From an uncultured Thermomicrobiales bacterium (GTDB taxonomy: Bacteria > Chloroflexota > Chloroflexia > Thermomicrobiales > CFX8): a DNA stretch of 64,000 bases. Shown piece after piece: positions 33,174 through 41,430 of this stretch (within the stretch, counting starts at the first letter, position 1; each line of letters begins with the position of its first letter). The notes under the pieces were generated by a model, which saw only the letters and a program-made list of their open reading frames with translations, did not search any database and was not told where the DNA came from. The DNA lies in assembly GCA_964577155.1 (NCBI GenBank), contig CAZNYB010000001.1, positions 3,250-67,249 of the forward strand, written 5' to 3'. Both the position numbers and the translations under genes were made by a program.

Positions 33174-33383
33174 ATGCACATACGAATTGATCGTGAAAAG
33201 TGTGTCAATGCCGGAAACTGTGTCGTCACAGCTCCAACAGTGTTCATCATTGATGAGGATGAAAAAGCCGTACTCGTTGATCCCTCAACCGTTGACGATG
33301 ATCTTATCTGGCTTGCGGCTGAACTCTGCCCCACCGAGGCAATCATTATCGAGGACGATGAAGGTGAGCAGCTCTATCCATGA
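33174..33383 (+). CDS. Small ferredoxin (single-cluster, CxxxxxC...CP type, as found with P450 systems)
   Basis: 69 aa. Motifs REKCVNAGNCVVTAP...ELCPTEAI. The stop overlaps the downstream regulator start (ATGA). Confidence 0.75.
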   Translation: MHIRIDREKCVNAGNCVVTAPTVFIIDEDEKAVLVDPSTVDDDLIWLAAELCPTEAIIIEDDEGEQLYP

Positions 33384-36300
33384 GGTCAGGCGCAGCTAAA
33401 TCCGAACTGCTTGCCGGACGAACCCAGGAATTATCCGAGCTAGTGGCAGCCTATGAAGCCGCTGCCGCGGGCGAAGCCCGGACCGTTTTCCTCAGTGGTG
33501 AACCGGGAATTGGCAAAACCCGTTTGCTGGATCGATTCGCGGATCAGGTTTTCCACGCTGGTGGGCTTACCTTGCGCGGAAACTGCTACGAAGACGCATC
33601 GATGGTTCCTTATGCGCCATTTGTTGAGGTATTGCGACAACTCGCCACCCAGGAAAATCAGGACATGCACCTGACCGACAACCCGCATCAATTACTGAGC
33701 TTGCCATTGTCATCTGTTTCAGGCGAATCATTTCAATCGGATAGCGCATTTCCACAGGGACTCACACACAATATGGCGCCGGAAGCTCGCCTGCAGCTCT
33801 TCGATGCCGTTGCGCGTCAGCTGGCTGTCGCCGCTCAGCAACGCCCGATCGTTTTGTTGCTGGACGACCTTCACTGGTCGGACGAACCAAGCGCGCTGCT
33901 CTTGCGTTACATCGCCAGAGTCCTCAGAACATCAACACTCCTTATCGTCGGAGCATATCGTGACACTGATCTGGTTGCGACGTTGCCGTTTGAAGGCGTT
34001 TTGCGCGATTTGCAGCGTGAACGGCTTGCCACCCGGATCTCCCTCCGCAGACTTGTGCCTGAGGAAACGACCGAGATCGTTGGACACCTCCTTGATGCCA
34101 GGCAAGCCGCCATCGCGCCTTCGGTCATTGAGACGATCCAGCATGAGTCTGAAGGCGTCCCATTTTTCATAGAGGAACTGGTGCTGCATCTGCGTGAGGA
34201 ATCACTGCTCACTCGTCAACCTGGAGGACGCTGGGAACTTGCCACAGGCGCTGAAGCAGCAATTCCACAGAGTATTCGTAGTGTCGTCGGGCATCGATTG
34301 GATCATACGTCGAGTTCCACACGAGATGCGTTAAGTGTTGCAGCCGTCATCGGCAATGAGTTTTCGTTTGATGTTCTGCAAACAGTCCTGAAGCAGCGAG
34401 GCTGGGAACAGGATGAAGAGCTTGTTGAAGCGATCGAGGAGGCGGCAGCGAGCCGTCTAATCATTGAGCGGAAGCCGGGCCGGCAATCTATTGAAACTCG
34501 CTACGCGTTCGCTCACGAACAGATCCATAGCGTTCTCTACTGGAATCTTAATGCGATTCGCCGCCGGGCGCTCCACCAACTGGTTGCCGAAACCATTGAA
34601 CGGCTTTCATCAGATGCTGTAGCCGATGCATCACGCCTGGCATATCACTACAGTCATGGCGAAGATTTGCGTAAGGCAGCTGATTACGCCATTCTCGCAG
34701 CAGAAGAAGCCACTCGTTACCGGGCTGTCGAAGAAGCAGTCCGTCAATATGACAGCGCCCTGGAGATCATCGATCTGATCGCATCGCCTGGCGATTTGAC
34801 TGAAACGACAGATGAGGAGCGTGTTCATATTCTTCTGGCGCGTAACTCACTTCTCGAAGCCCGGAACGACAGCGATCGCCAGAGCTCAGGCATCAATCAG
34901 CTCTTTGAAATCGCTCGTCGTTCAGGTAGAGACGATTGGGAGCTGGAAGCTCATATCCGGGCAGCACGACATAACATGCGCGAAGGTGACCAACCAGCCG
35001 CCCTGGAACATGCGACAGCCGCCTATGACCTTGCCCGGCCTATGGATCAGCGCGCTCAGTTCAGGTCGATCTGGGTTGTTGCCGAAGCGCACACTGGCCG
35101 GCTGATCGGTGAACCGTCCCGCCTGTACCGACCAAAGAGCGATCTTGTATTGGCCCTCAAAGCGCTCACGGAAGCACGTGAGCTGGCCGAGCAGTTGGAC
35201 TATCAGCGTGCCGTTGCCTGGATTGCTCAGGAAATGGGGGTGGTCCTCTGGCAACTGGCCAACCCCGACGACCAGGAAGCCCGCGCCAGGGCACGTACCT
35301 TTCTCTTTGAAGCGCTTGACGGGTTTCGAGCCACAGAGGACCAGAAAGGTGAGATCACCGCGCTGATTGCGCTTGCATACCGGCGACCGATAGCTGCCTC
35401 AAAATCTACCGGCGCCGCCGACGGAAGTTTTGTGGCCTTTCTGGAAGAAATCCGCCGGTTACGGAAAACCGAGCACCTTCTTAGTCGCAACTCAGAACGG
35501 CCTCGCATGGAGGCGCTCTCGTTGTTGTCCATCGAAATGTACGCCAGAACCCGCGGATGGTATGAGATAGCGATGCAACGGGCTGAGCAGGCTCTGGAGT
35601 GGGCTGCCGAAGCACGTGAGACCAGAATCATGCTGCTCTCTCACCTGGCGCTTTCGGAAACAGAACGGCAAATTGGTCGTTTTACACGGTCGTTAGAACA
35701 TGCCAATCGTGCCGCCGCTATCTTTGAGACCGGGCAAGATGCCGGGAGAATTCGGAATTCGCATCGAGACGAAGTGCTCGGCGCACTGGCCACAGCCAAC
35801 TTGGCGATCGGGAACAACGACCACGCGATTGAAATTGCTCGTGAACGGCTGGAACTTGCCCGCAACCGGGGACAGCGCTGGCGGTTAGCTGAAGCAACTG
35901 TTGGCCTGGCTGAGGCCTTCAACCAGGTTGATGATGGTTCCGACGAAGCGGCAGAGTATGCGTCGGAAGCGCTCCACCATGCCGCCGATCTGCCAGGCAC
36001 GATTACCTGGGACATACGGGCTCTGCTGGTGCTGGCTCGTGTAGCCCTGGCATCCCATGATGCACCGGCGGCGATAATCCACTCCTCCGCCGCAGTTAGT
36101 CGGATTGAAGCTCGAGAAACACTGTTGACCTGGCTTGTCACTGCTGCCTACCTGCTTCACGGACAGGCTCTAGAGGCAAGTGGACAACAGGAGCCGGCCA
36201 CTGTCTGGTTTGAGCGAGCGTTTGAATTGATCGAAACCACCGCCGAACGATTTGAGTCCGACGACCTGCGTGAGACATATCTCACGTTCAATGCGACGGC

Positions 36301-36571
36301 CAGAGAGGTGCGTGAAAAAGCGATCCAGCTCAAATTAATCAATGTAAGTTCATCATCACCTGTGCGTATCGAACCAATTGCCGGTCTGACGCCAAGAGAA
36401 TTTGAGGTGATTGGGTTGGTAGCGGCCGGGAAAACGAACCGGGAAATATCAGCTGATCTGTTTATCTCAGAAAAGACCGTTGCCCGTCATTTGACCAACA
36501 TTTTTAACAAAATTGATGCCCAAAGCCGGACTCAAGCGGTGGCCTGGGCGTTCCAGAACGGCATTGCCTGA
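33380..36571 (+). CDS. LuxR-family transcriptional regulator with N-terminal STAND AAA ATPase and TPR-like repeats (LAL/MalT-like), 1063 aa
   Basis: Walker A GEPGIGKT, Walker B IVLLLDDLHWSD, and a long helical-repeat middle region. C-terminal LuxR HTH: LTPREFEVIGLVAAGKTNREISADLFISEKTVARHLTNIFNKIDAQSRTQA. Confidence 0.9.
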   Translation: MRSGAAKSELLAGRTQELSELVAAYEAAAAGEARTVFLSGEPGIGKTRLLDRFADQVFHAGGLTLRGNCYEDASMVPYAPFVEVLRQLATQENQDMHLTDNPHQLLSLPLSSVSGESFQSDSAFPQGLTHNMAPEARLQLFDAVARQLAVAAQQRPIVLLLDDLHWSDEPSALLLRYIARVLRTSTLLIVGAYRDTDLVATLPFEGVLRDLQRERLATRISLRRLVPEETTEIVGHLLDARQAAIAPSVIETIQHESEGVPFFIEELVLHLREESLLTRQPGGRWELATGAEAAIPQSIRSVVGHRLDHTSSSTRDALSVAAVIGNEFSFDVLQTVLKQRGWEQDEELVEAIEEAAASRLIIERKPGRQSIETRYAFAHEQIHSVLYWNLNAIRRRALHQLVAETIERLSSDAVADASRLAYHYSHGEDLRKAADYAILAAEEATRYRAVEEAVRQYDSALEIIDLIASPGDLTETTDEERVHILLARNSLLEARNDSDRQSSGINQLFEIARRSGRDDWELEAHIRAARHNMREGDQPAALEHATAAYDLARPMDQRAQFRSIWVVAEAHTGRLIGEPSRLYRPKSDLVLALKALTEARELAEQLDYQRAVAWIAQEMGVVLWQLANPDDQEARARARTFLFEALDGFRATEDQKGEITALIALAYRRPIAASKSTGAADGSFVAFLEEIRRLRKTEHLLSRNSERPRMEALSLLSIEMYARTRGWYEIAMQRAEQALEWAAEARETRIMLLSHLALSETERQIGRFTRSLEHANRAAAIFETGQDAGRIRNSHRDEVLGALATANLAIGNNDHAIEIARERLELARNRGQRWRLAEATVGLAEAFNQVDDGSDEAAEYASEALHHAADLPGTITWDIRALLVLARVALASHDAPAAIIHSSAAVSRIEARETLLTWLVTAAYLLHGQALEASGQQEPATVWFERAFELIETTAERFESDDLRETYLTFNATAREVREKAIQLKLINVSSSSPVRIEPIAGLTPREFEVIGLVAAGKTNREISADLFISEKTVARHLTNIFNKIDAQSRTQAVAWAFQNGIA

Positions 36572-36604
36572 AATTGGGTTGCAGACTCACTCAGAGAACA
36601 GTGA

Positions 36605-37009
36605 TTGGCTTCTGTTCCACTGCTGCTCGCAAAGGATTTGGTTGTGCTTGATGCTGAAAATCTCAATCTCAGGGATCTGACCACCTGGCTGTTGACTCCA
36701 GCCAGGTGTGGAGTGTATTTGAGCGCGGATGACCTGACGCGGATTGGTGAGCAACTCGAACTTCGAATCATGGCTATGAGCAGAAGGTCCGCGCTGGAGC
36801 GCCTGTTTCAGGCCGCCGCACTGGATGGGTCAGTGGATGATTTTTTTGGCGCAATTATCAGAGAGTTTCAGTGCCATCGTGCCGTCTATATCTCCTTGAA
36901 AACACCAGCTTTAGAGCGGTGGATTGCTCAAGTTGAGGCGGCAATTTCTACTTTATCTGACCTTCAGTTAACCTGGCAGGTTCACGATCAAAACGTTGAG
37001 GGCCGTTAA
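36605..37009 (+). CDS. Hypothetical protein (134 aa)
   Basis: ORF only: TTG start, no clear SD and no recognisable motif. Its stop overlaps the stop of the convergent dUTPase-like gene by 4 nt. Confidence 0.3.
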   Translation: MASVPLLLAKDLVVLDAENLNLRDLTTWLLTPARCGVYLSADDLTRIGEQLELRIMAMSRRSALERLFQAAALDGSVDDFFGAIIREFQCHRAVYISLKTPALERWIAQVEAAISTLSDLQLTWQVHDQNVEGR

Positions 37010-37542
37010 TCCGCCACCGCTCCTTCGTGTTGATATATTCCCGCGTAACCTTCACTGGTTTCGCTGGCAAGCCGGTGAAAGACGAGCTGGCATATCCGGG
37101 CATTGTTAAAAACGCGGAATCCTGCCGGGTGATAAATCACCATGAGTGATGTGCCTCGTCCTGAGTACCCGGCGTCCCAGACTGCGGTATGTAGCGCAAC
37201 TCCAGATCGTAGCAGGCTGGATCGTGGGCGGGCGTATGCCATGATCGTAGTTGGCAAATTCACCGTCTCATTGAATCGCACCTGATACGCGCCAGCGCCA
37301 AGGTACAGTGAGCCATCAGGTTCGAACGCCAGATCTTCCACCTGGGGAAGAACCCGGTCAGCGTTGGTGCGCCCAAGCACGCCTGGACCGACAAATCGTG
37401 AGACTCGCTCGAGTGTGATATCGACGCCGTTTGGCTGAATCTGATCAGCTGGGTCCAGCATATTCTCGAGCAGCGGCGGAACACCCTGAAGGAGCATCTC
37501 AATCTCCTGACGGCTGAGTACGCCAGACCTGGAATCAATCAC
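37006..37542 (-). CDS. dCTP deaminase/dUTPase-superfamily protein (archaeal-type dUTPase-like)
   Basis: 178 aa. Blocks IQPNGVDITL, AYARPRSSLLRSGV and AVWDAGYSGRG resemble the trimeric dUTPase/dCTP deaminase fold family. Confidence 0.65.
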   Translation of the reverse strand: MIDSRSGVLSRQEIEMLLQGVPPLLENMLDPADQIQPNGVDITLERVSRFVGPGVLGRTNADRVLPQVEDLAFEPDGSLYLGAGAYQVRFNETVNLPTTIMAYARPRSSLLRSGVALHTAVWDAGYSGRGTSLMVIYHPAGFRVFNNARICQLVFHRLASETSEGYAGIYQHEGAVAD

Positions 37543-37643
37543 TGCACATCCCCTTACCGCTGTACATCAATTATGTACGTACACTCTACCCGTGATTGTC
37601 TAACCGGTCAAGCACCCGAACTGGGTACCGCTGTTGGAGCTGG

Positions 37644-37940
37644 CTAATCTGGTTTATTGGGGATAGGGCGAGGGTTGTTTTCAATCTCGCCGGCCATCGG
37701 GCTAAGTATTTGTGGATACAGTCTTCGACCCAGCTGGTGGATCTGGATGGCTTGTGTCGGGCATGCCCGTGCCGCCGCGAAAATTGTCTGGGCAGCGGCG
37801 GATTCAAGCGCTTCCGGGTCAAAATATGCCTTTTCAGTCTCCTGGTCAATCATAAAGACGCCGGAGGCGACCGCGGCGCATTTGCCGTAGGTCACACAGC
37901 GTTCAGGGTCGATTTTTACTTCCAGACGGTGGCTTGTCAT
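37644..37940 (-). CDS. Small ferredoxin (second copy, CxxxxxC...CP type) with a C-terminal tail
   Basis: AGGAGG lies 8 nt upstream of the internal ATG (..caaAGGAGGcaactacaATGACA). Motifs PERCVTYGKCAAVASG...ACPTQAI. It shares the xxLYP motif after the CP-motif region with the 33174 ferredoxin. Confidence 0.7.
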   Translation of the reverse strand: MTSHRLEVKIDPERCVTYGKCAAVASGVFMIDQETEKAYFDPEALESAAAQTIFAAARACPTQAIQIHQLGRRLYPQILSPMAGEIENNPRPIPNKPD

Positions 37941-38088
37941 TGTAGTTGCCTCCTTTGAAGGTAATTTGACTATCCACGTCGATGTGGTCAATGTGAACAT
38001 GGGGTACACAAGCCTGAGCAATGCTGTGAGCAAGGTGATTGTCGGTCTTGCTCGCGTCGTCGTTTTGATAATTGTAATCTAGACCTGC

Positions 38089-38424
38089 ATGAAAGCCGGT
38101 TTGATTGAGTGGAATGCAGTCGTGCGATACAGCGCAGCAACCTGTTTGACGCCAGCGGAGGTCCTGAGTCGAGCCGTTTCAGTTTTCGGCTCAGCCGGGA
38201 TGGGGATGACGATGTCCCACCGGGATCTGTTGTCGGTCCGGTTCGGCGATTCAACCGGCCACGTTACTTTCGAAACTTCACGATTGCCTGATGGTGACAC
38301 CGAGGTGACTGTCGAAACGATGTATCTGGACGATGAAGTAGTCAGTTTTATAAACGCGCTTCCACGCCGGTCGCTGTGGTACTCACTGACACATTGGCTG
38401 AAAACGAAACTGCCACGAATCTGA
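38089..38424 (+). CDS. Hypothetical protein (111 aa)
   Basis: ORF only; no obvious SD or motif. Confidence 0.3.
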   Translation: MKAGLIEWNAVVRYSAATCLTPAEVLSRAVSVFGSAGMGMTMSHRDLLSVRFGDSTGHVTFETSRLPDGDTEVTVETMYLDDEVVSFINALPRRSLWYSLTHWLKTKLPRI

Positions 38425-38431
38425 GAGATTT

Positions 38432-39193
38432 TTACTCAGGTCTGAAAATCGGCGCTAACGCTCTTTTGTGGGCTGAGGCGGAGATCATCTGTTCGACTCG
38501 TCTCAGGATGTCCGGTGCGATTCCCGTCGTGTCTCCGCCGTCAATTGCTGCTAACGCTACGTCCAGGTCCTCATAGGTCAGACCCATCTCTTGTTCATCG
38601 GTCTGACCTGCCCAGAGCCCGGCTGATGGAGCACGGTCGATGATTCTCTGAGGGACGCCGATTTCCGCCGCCAGATCGCGAACATCCGATTTCAACAGAC
38701 TGCCGATTGGAAGCAGATCCACTCCGCCGTCACCGTATTTGGTGAAGTAGCCGATCATGAGTTCGCTTCTGTTTCCAGTTCCCGCAACCAGATAGTTCCT
38801 GGTGTTTGCCAGGTGATAGAGCGTGATCATGCGTAGTCGCGGTTTGATGTTCGCGTCAGCCAGTTGAGTTCCCGGGGGCAACATTTCAACATAGGCATCG
38901 AACTGGCTGGAAAGATCAAAGGACAGATACTCGATCCCCCAGGTATCAGCGGCCAATCTCGCGTCGGCAATATCCTCGGGAATCGAATGGCAAGGCAAAG
39001 CTACTCCGAGTACGTGCTCGGGACCAATTGCCATCGCAGACAACCCGGAAACGACTGCGGAATCAATGCCGCCGCTTAGTCCGACTACGATACCGTCGAC
39101 CCGAGCTTCTGCTACTTGCAGGCGAAGCCACTCTGTAATCTGGTCCTTCAGTTGCACGATTGAACCCCCTGGACTGTTTCTACCTTTTTCCAA
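38432..39193 (-). CDS. nadE: NH3-dependent NAD+ synthetase
   Basis: PP-loop motif GLSGGIDSAV. The size (~250 aa) and the blocks ..TGNRSELMIGYFTKYGDGG.. and ..PSAGLWAGQTDEQEMG.. are typical of NadE. Confidence 0.85.
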   Translation of the reverse strand: MEKGRNSPGGSIVQLKDQITEWLRLQVAEARVDGIVVGLSGGIDSAVVSGLSAMAIGPEHVLGVALPCHSIPEDIADARLAADTWGIEYLSFDLSSQFDAYVEMLPPGTQLADANIKPRLRMITLYHLANTRNYLVAGTGNRSELMIGYFTKYGDGGVDLLPIGSLLKSDVRDLAAEIGVPQRIIDRAPSAGLWAGQTDEQEMGLTYEDLDVALAAIDGGDTTGIAPDILRRVEQMISASAHKRALAPIFRPE

Positions 39194-39272
39194 TTTTTAA
39201 CCTGTCTGAATATCTCTGGAACATCATGATAATACGCCACCTGGAGTACATTCGATACGCCAATGGCAAATT

Positions 39273-39830
39273 GTGCACCCGTTTCTGGTTTCGTTCGTTA
39301 TATCAGTAGAAGCAGGCGAGAGGGAGAACGTTCTCGCTACCTTAAAACTGGGATGCAGCGCTTTTGTAGCGCCGGGTGAATTCGGAGAGATTCAGTTGGA
39401 TATTTGGATCGCCGCTGTGGCTGCCGCTGGTCTTGCCGTGCTCTCTGGTCGGATGGTCGCCTATGCTTTCAGTTCGTCGCTCGGGCAGCCTCCACGTCAG
39501 CTTTCCGTCGGACGCCTGATCCCGACCGTGTCGACAAGCCAGCATGATTCCCTCAATGCCAGACAGATCTGGATGATGGCGGTCGAAATTGCGTTTTCGA
39601 TCGGCATAGCGACAGTCATTCTGGGATTGAGTTTTGCTGCCTCGATGCCAGCCCACCTGATGGCGGCGGCCCTACTGGCTCAAGTTGCCGTCGTCGGTAC
39701 GCTCATCGCGCCACCAGTCACGGTGAATCTCGGTCAGTTTAGTCTCCGTCCAGCCGCATTGGCGCTTGGCATTGCCCAGCTGGCTCAAGTAGCGTTCTTC
39801 GTTCGAACCCTGGAATCTCTGCTCTCCTGA
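39273..39830 (+). CDS. Hypothetical integral membrane protein
   Basis: ORF with several Ala/Val/Leu-rich hydrophobic segments. GTG start; no motif recognised. Confidence 0.4.
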   Translation: MHPFLVSFVISVEAGERENVLATLKLGCSAFVAPGEFGEIQLDIWIAAVAAAGLAVLSGRMVAYAFSSSLGQPPRQLSVGRLIPTVSTSQHDSLNARQIWMMAVEIAFSIGIATVILGLSFAASMPAHLMAAALLAQVAVVGTLIAPPVTVNLGQFSLRPAALALGIAQLAQVAFFVRTLESLLS

Positions 39831-39870
39831 ACACAGCAGAACATCAGTTGCGAGCCTGAGTAAATCGTGC

Positions 39871-40557
39871 CTATCGTGGAGTCCACCGGTTTGCCCCAGA
39901 GAGCCAGGAGTTGATGAGTTCTTCTGTCGTCAGGTTGGAGAGCCACGGTTCCTCCTCTATCGTTGTCGGACCGCCATGGCCGGGAAGGAGTGCCGTCGTG
40001 TCTGGAAATCTGGCAATGCGTTGGACACTGGTTGCCAACGCTTGCGGATCACACTCGGCACGTTCCAGGTAGCCTGCTCCGCCTTTGAGTACTGTGTCTC
40101 CGGTAATCAATACGTCGTGATCTTGTATCCAGAGGCAGACACTGCCGTGAGTGTGCCCAGGAGTGTGGAGAATTCTAACCTCTTGATCGCCGATGGTAAG
40201 ATGCTGACCTTCTTCGAGAGCGATGTCGATGTTGACTGGCTCGATCGTATATGGGAGTTCACTACGGTATCCCATAGGATCGGCAAAGAGATATTCATCC
40301 GCGAGGTGGCCGGCGACCGGGATCTGCATAGCTTGTAGCTCCGACAAGTCCGTGATGTGATCCCAGTGACCGTGGGTCGCGATAGCGAGCGACACCGGAG
40401 CCTGGAGCGCACTGGCAGCTTCAAGCCCGCCACGCCAGGCATCGCGCGGAGCGTCTATGATCACCGTTTCGTGTCCAGGCGCTATTAGCGCATAGGAAAC
40501 AGTGAGCAACGGGCCGCCGACAAATCGCCGGATGATGAGATCGCTATCGAGTCGCAT
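39871..40557 (-). CDS. MBL-fold metallo-hydrolase (glyoxalase II/hydroxyacylglutathione hydrolase-like)
   Basis: Motifs THGHWDH (HxHxDH), HTPGHTHGS and GDTVLKGG. Confidence 0.8.
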   Translation of the reverse strand: MRLDSDLIIRRFVGGPLLTVSYALIAPGHETVIIDAPRDAWRGGLEAASALQAPVSLAIATHGHWDHITDLSELQAMQIPVAGHLADEYLFADPMGYRSELPYTIEPVNIDIALEEGQHLTIGDQEVRILHTPGHTHGSVCLWIQDHDVLITGDTVLKGGAGYLERAECDPQALATSVQRIARFPDTTALLPGHGGPTTIEEEPWLSNLTTEELINSWLSGANRWTPR

Positions 40558-40734
40558 AGGTGAACATTCTCCTACTGTCTGCTGGCACGGACATCAATAC
40601 AGCTTTTTCAACAGAGCGGGCTGTTCCTCCATTCCAGCATGCAGCAGGAGTTTCCGTCATGCCGTCTGTCCCATTGATTGAAGTTGTACGACTGACAGCG
40701 TGAGAAGGCACAAGCGGGAGACGGCAAACAAGGG

Positions 40735-40761
40735 ACCGCCCGTTCGGGGGAAACGGGCGGT
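40735..40761 (-). terminator. Perfect 10-bp GC-rich stem-loop in a 358-bp ORF-free gap; possible terminator or part of an ncRNA
   Basis: ACCGCCCGTT-cggggga-AACGGGCGGT. On the minus strand it is followed by cccTTGTTTgcc. It lies ~157 nt downstream of the 40918 stop, so assigning it to that gene is uncertain. Confidence 0.35.
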
Positions 40762-40917
40762 CGGAAGGATTAGAGTGTGCAAACCCTGACTGTGGCCATC
40801 AGTCATCGGGGTGGTGTTTGTCGAGGCGGCAGGGGTAGTGCCGACCTCGCATATAATAAGTCTGTCTGGAACTGATCGTTACGCGTATCTGCCATCACAA
40901 TAGCAAACCGGCTGTGC

Positions 40918-41334
40918 TTATTCTTCTTCCGGCTCTTCACCCTCTGGTGGCAGCGCGTATCGTTCAATGAGATCACCCATTTCCCGATGAAACTGGCTAT
41001 TGCTTACGACTCTGGTTGCACCCGCGGACTTGGCGTAGCGTAGTGATTCGACATCCATATGGGGGCCAAATGCCAGCAGCCTGGTGCCGCCATCCAACGC
41101 AAATTCTATTGGCGCCCAGGCGGTCGGGTCATTTCCAACGAGATTGAGATCCACGATAATGAGATCCGGTTCATAGACGGTAATGGCGTTCGTCAGTTCA
41201 TCGGCCGATTTAATCAGTTGCGCTTCGAAGTTGAGTTTGCGGATCGTGTTTCTGACAGTGACGCCAAAGAAGACATCGGCGATTAGAGCCAGAACCGTGC
41301 CTCGTTCCTTTCGAGAAGTCACTTTTATATCCAT
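40918..41334 (-). CDS. Stand-alone receiver (CheY-like) domain protein, possibly atypical
   Basis: 138 aa in an alternating beta/alpha pattern, with LALIAD, the phospho-acceptor-like LIIVDLNL and a later AKSAGA lysine. The second acidic-pocket Asp and the conserved Thr/Ser position are not obvious. Confidence 0.5.
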   Translation of the reverse strand: MDIKVTSRKERGTVLALIADVFFGVTVRNTIRKLNFEAQLIKSADELTNAITVYEPDLIIVDLNLVGNDPTAWAPIEFALDGGTRLLAFGPHMDVESLRYAKSAGATRVVSNSQFHREMGDLIERYALPPEGEEPEEE

Positions 41335-41430
41335 TGCCCTGCACCTGTCACATGATTTCCGATGCCCTGTGTCAAACTTCTCCGGTAAAACTCAGAAACA
41401 ACCTGTGGTTCTGGATGCCTCTCTGGCTGA

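Noticed and set aside
37006-37542. The dCTP deaminase/dUTPase-fold gene as an anti-phage nucleotide-depletion defence gene.
   Set aside because: It has the size and motifs of a plain housekeeping dUTPase/dCTP-deaminase-fold enzyme. It has no extra kinase-like or sensor domain and no neighbouring defence genes.
40558-40917. Possible RNase P RNA, suggested by the gap length (~358 nt) and a GGAGGAACAGCCCGC segment on the minus strand.
   Set aside because: The universally conserved GAGGAAAGUCCGGGC and ACAGAAxCCGGCUUA-type elements are not present. I kept only the neutral statement that the gap is structured and ORF-free.
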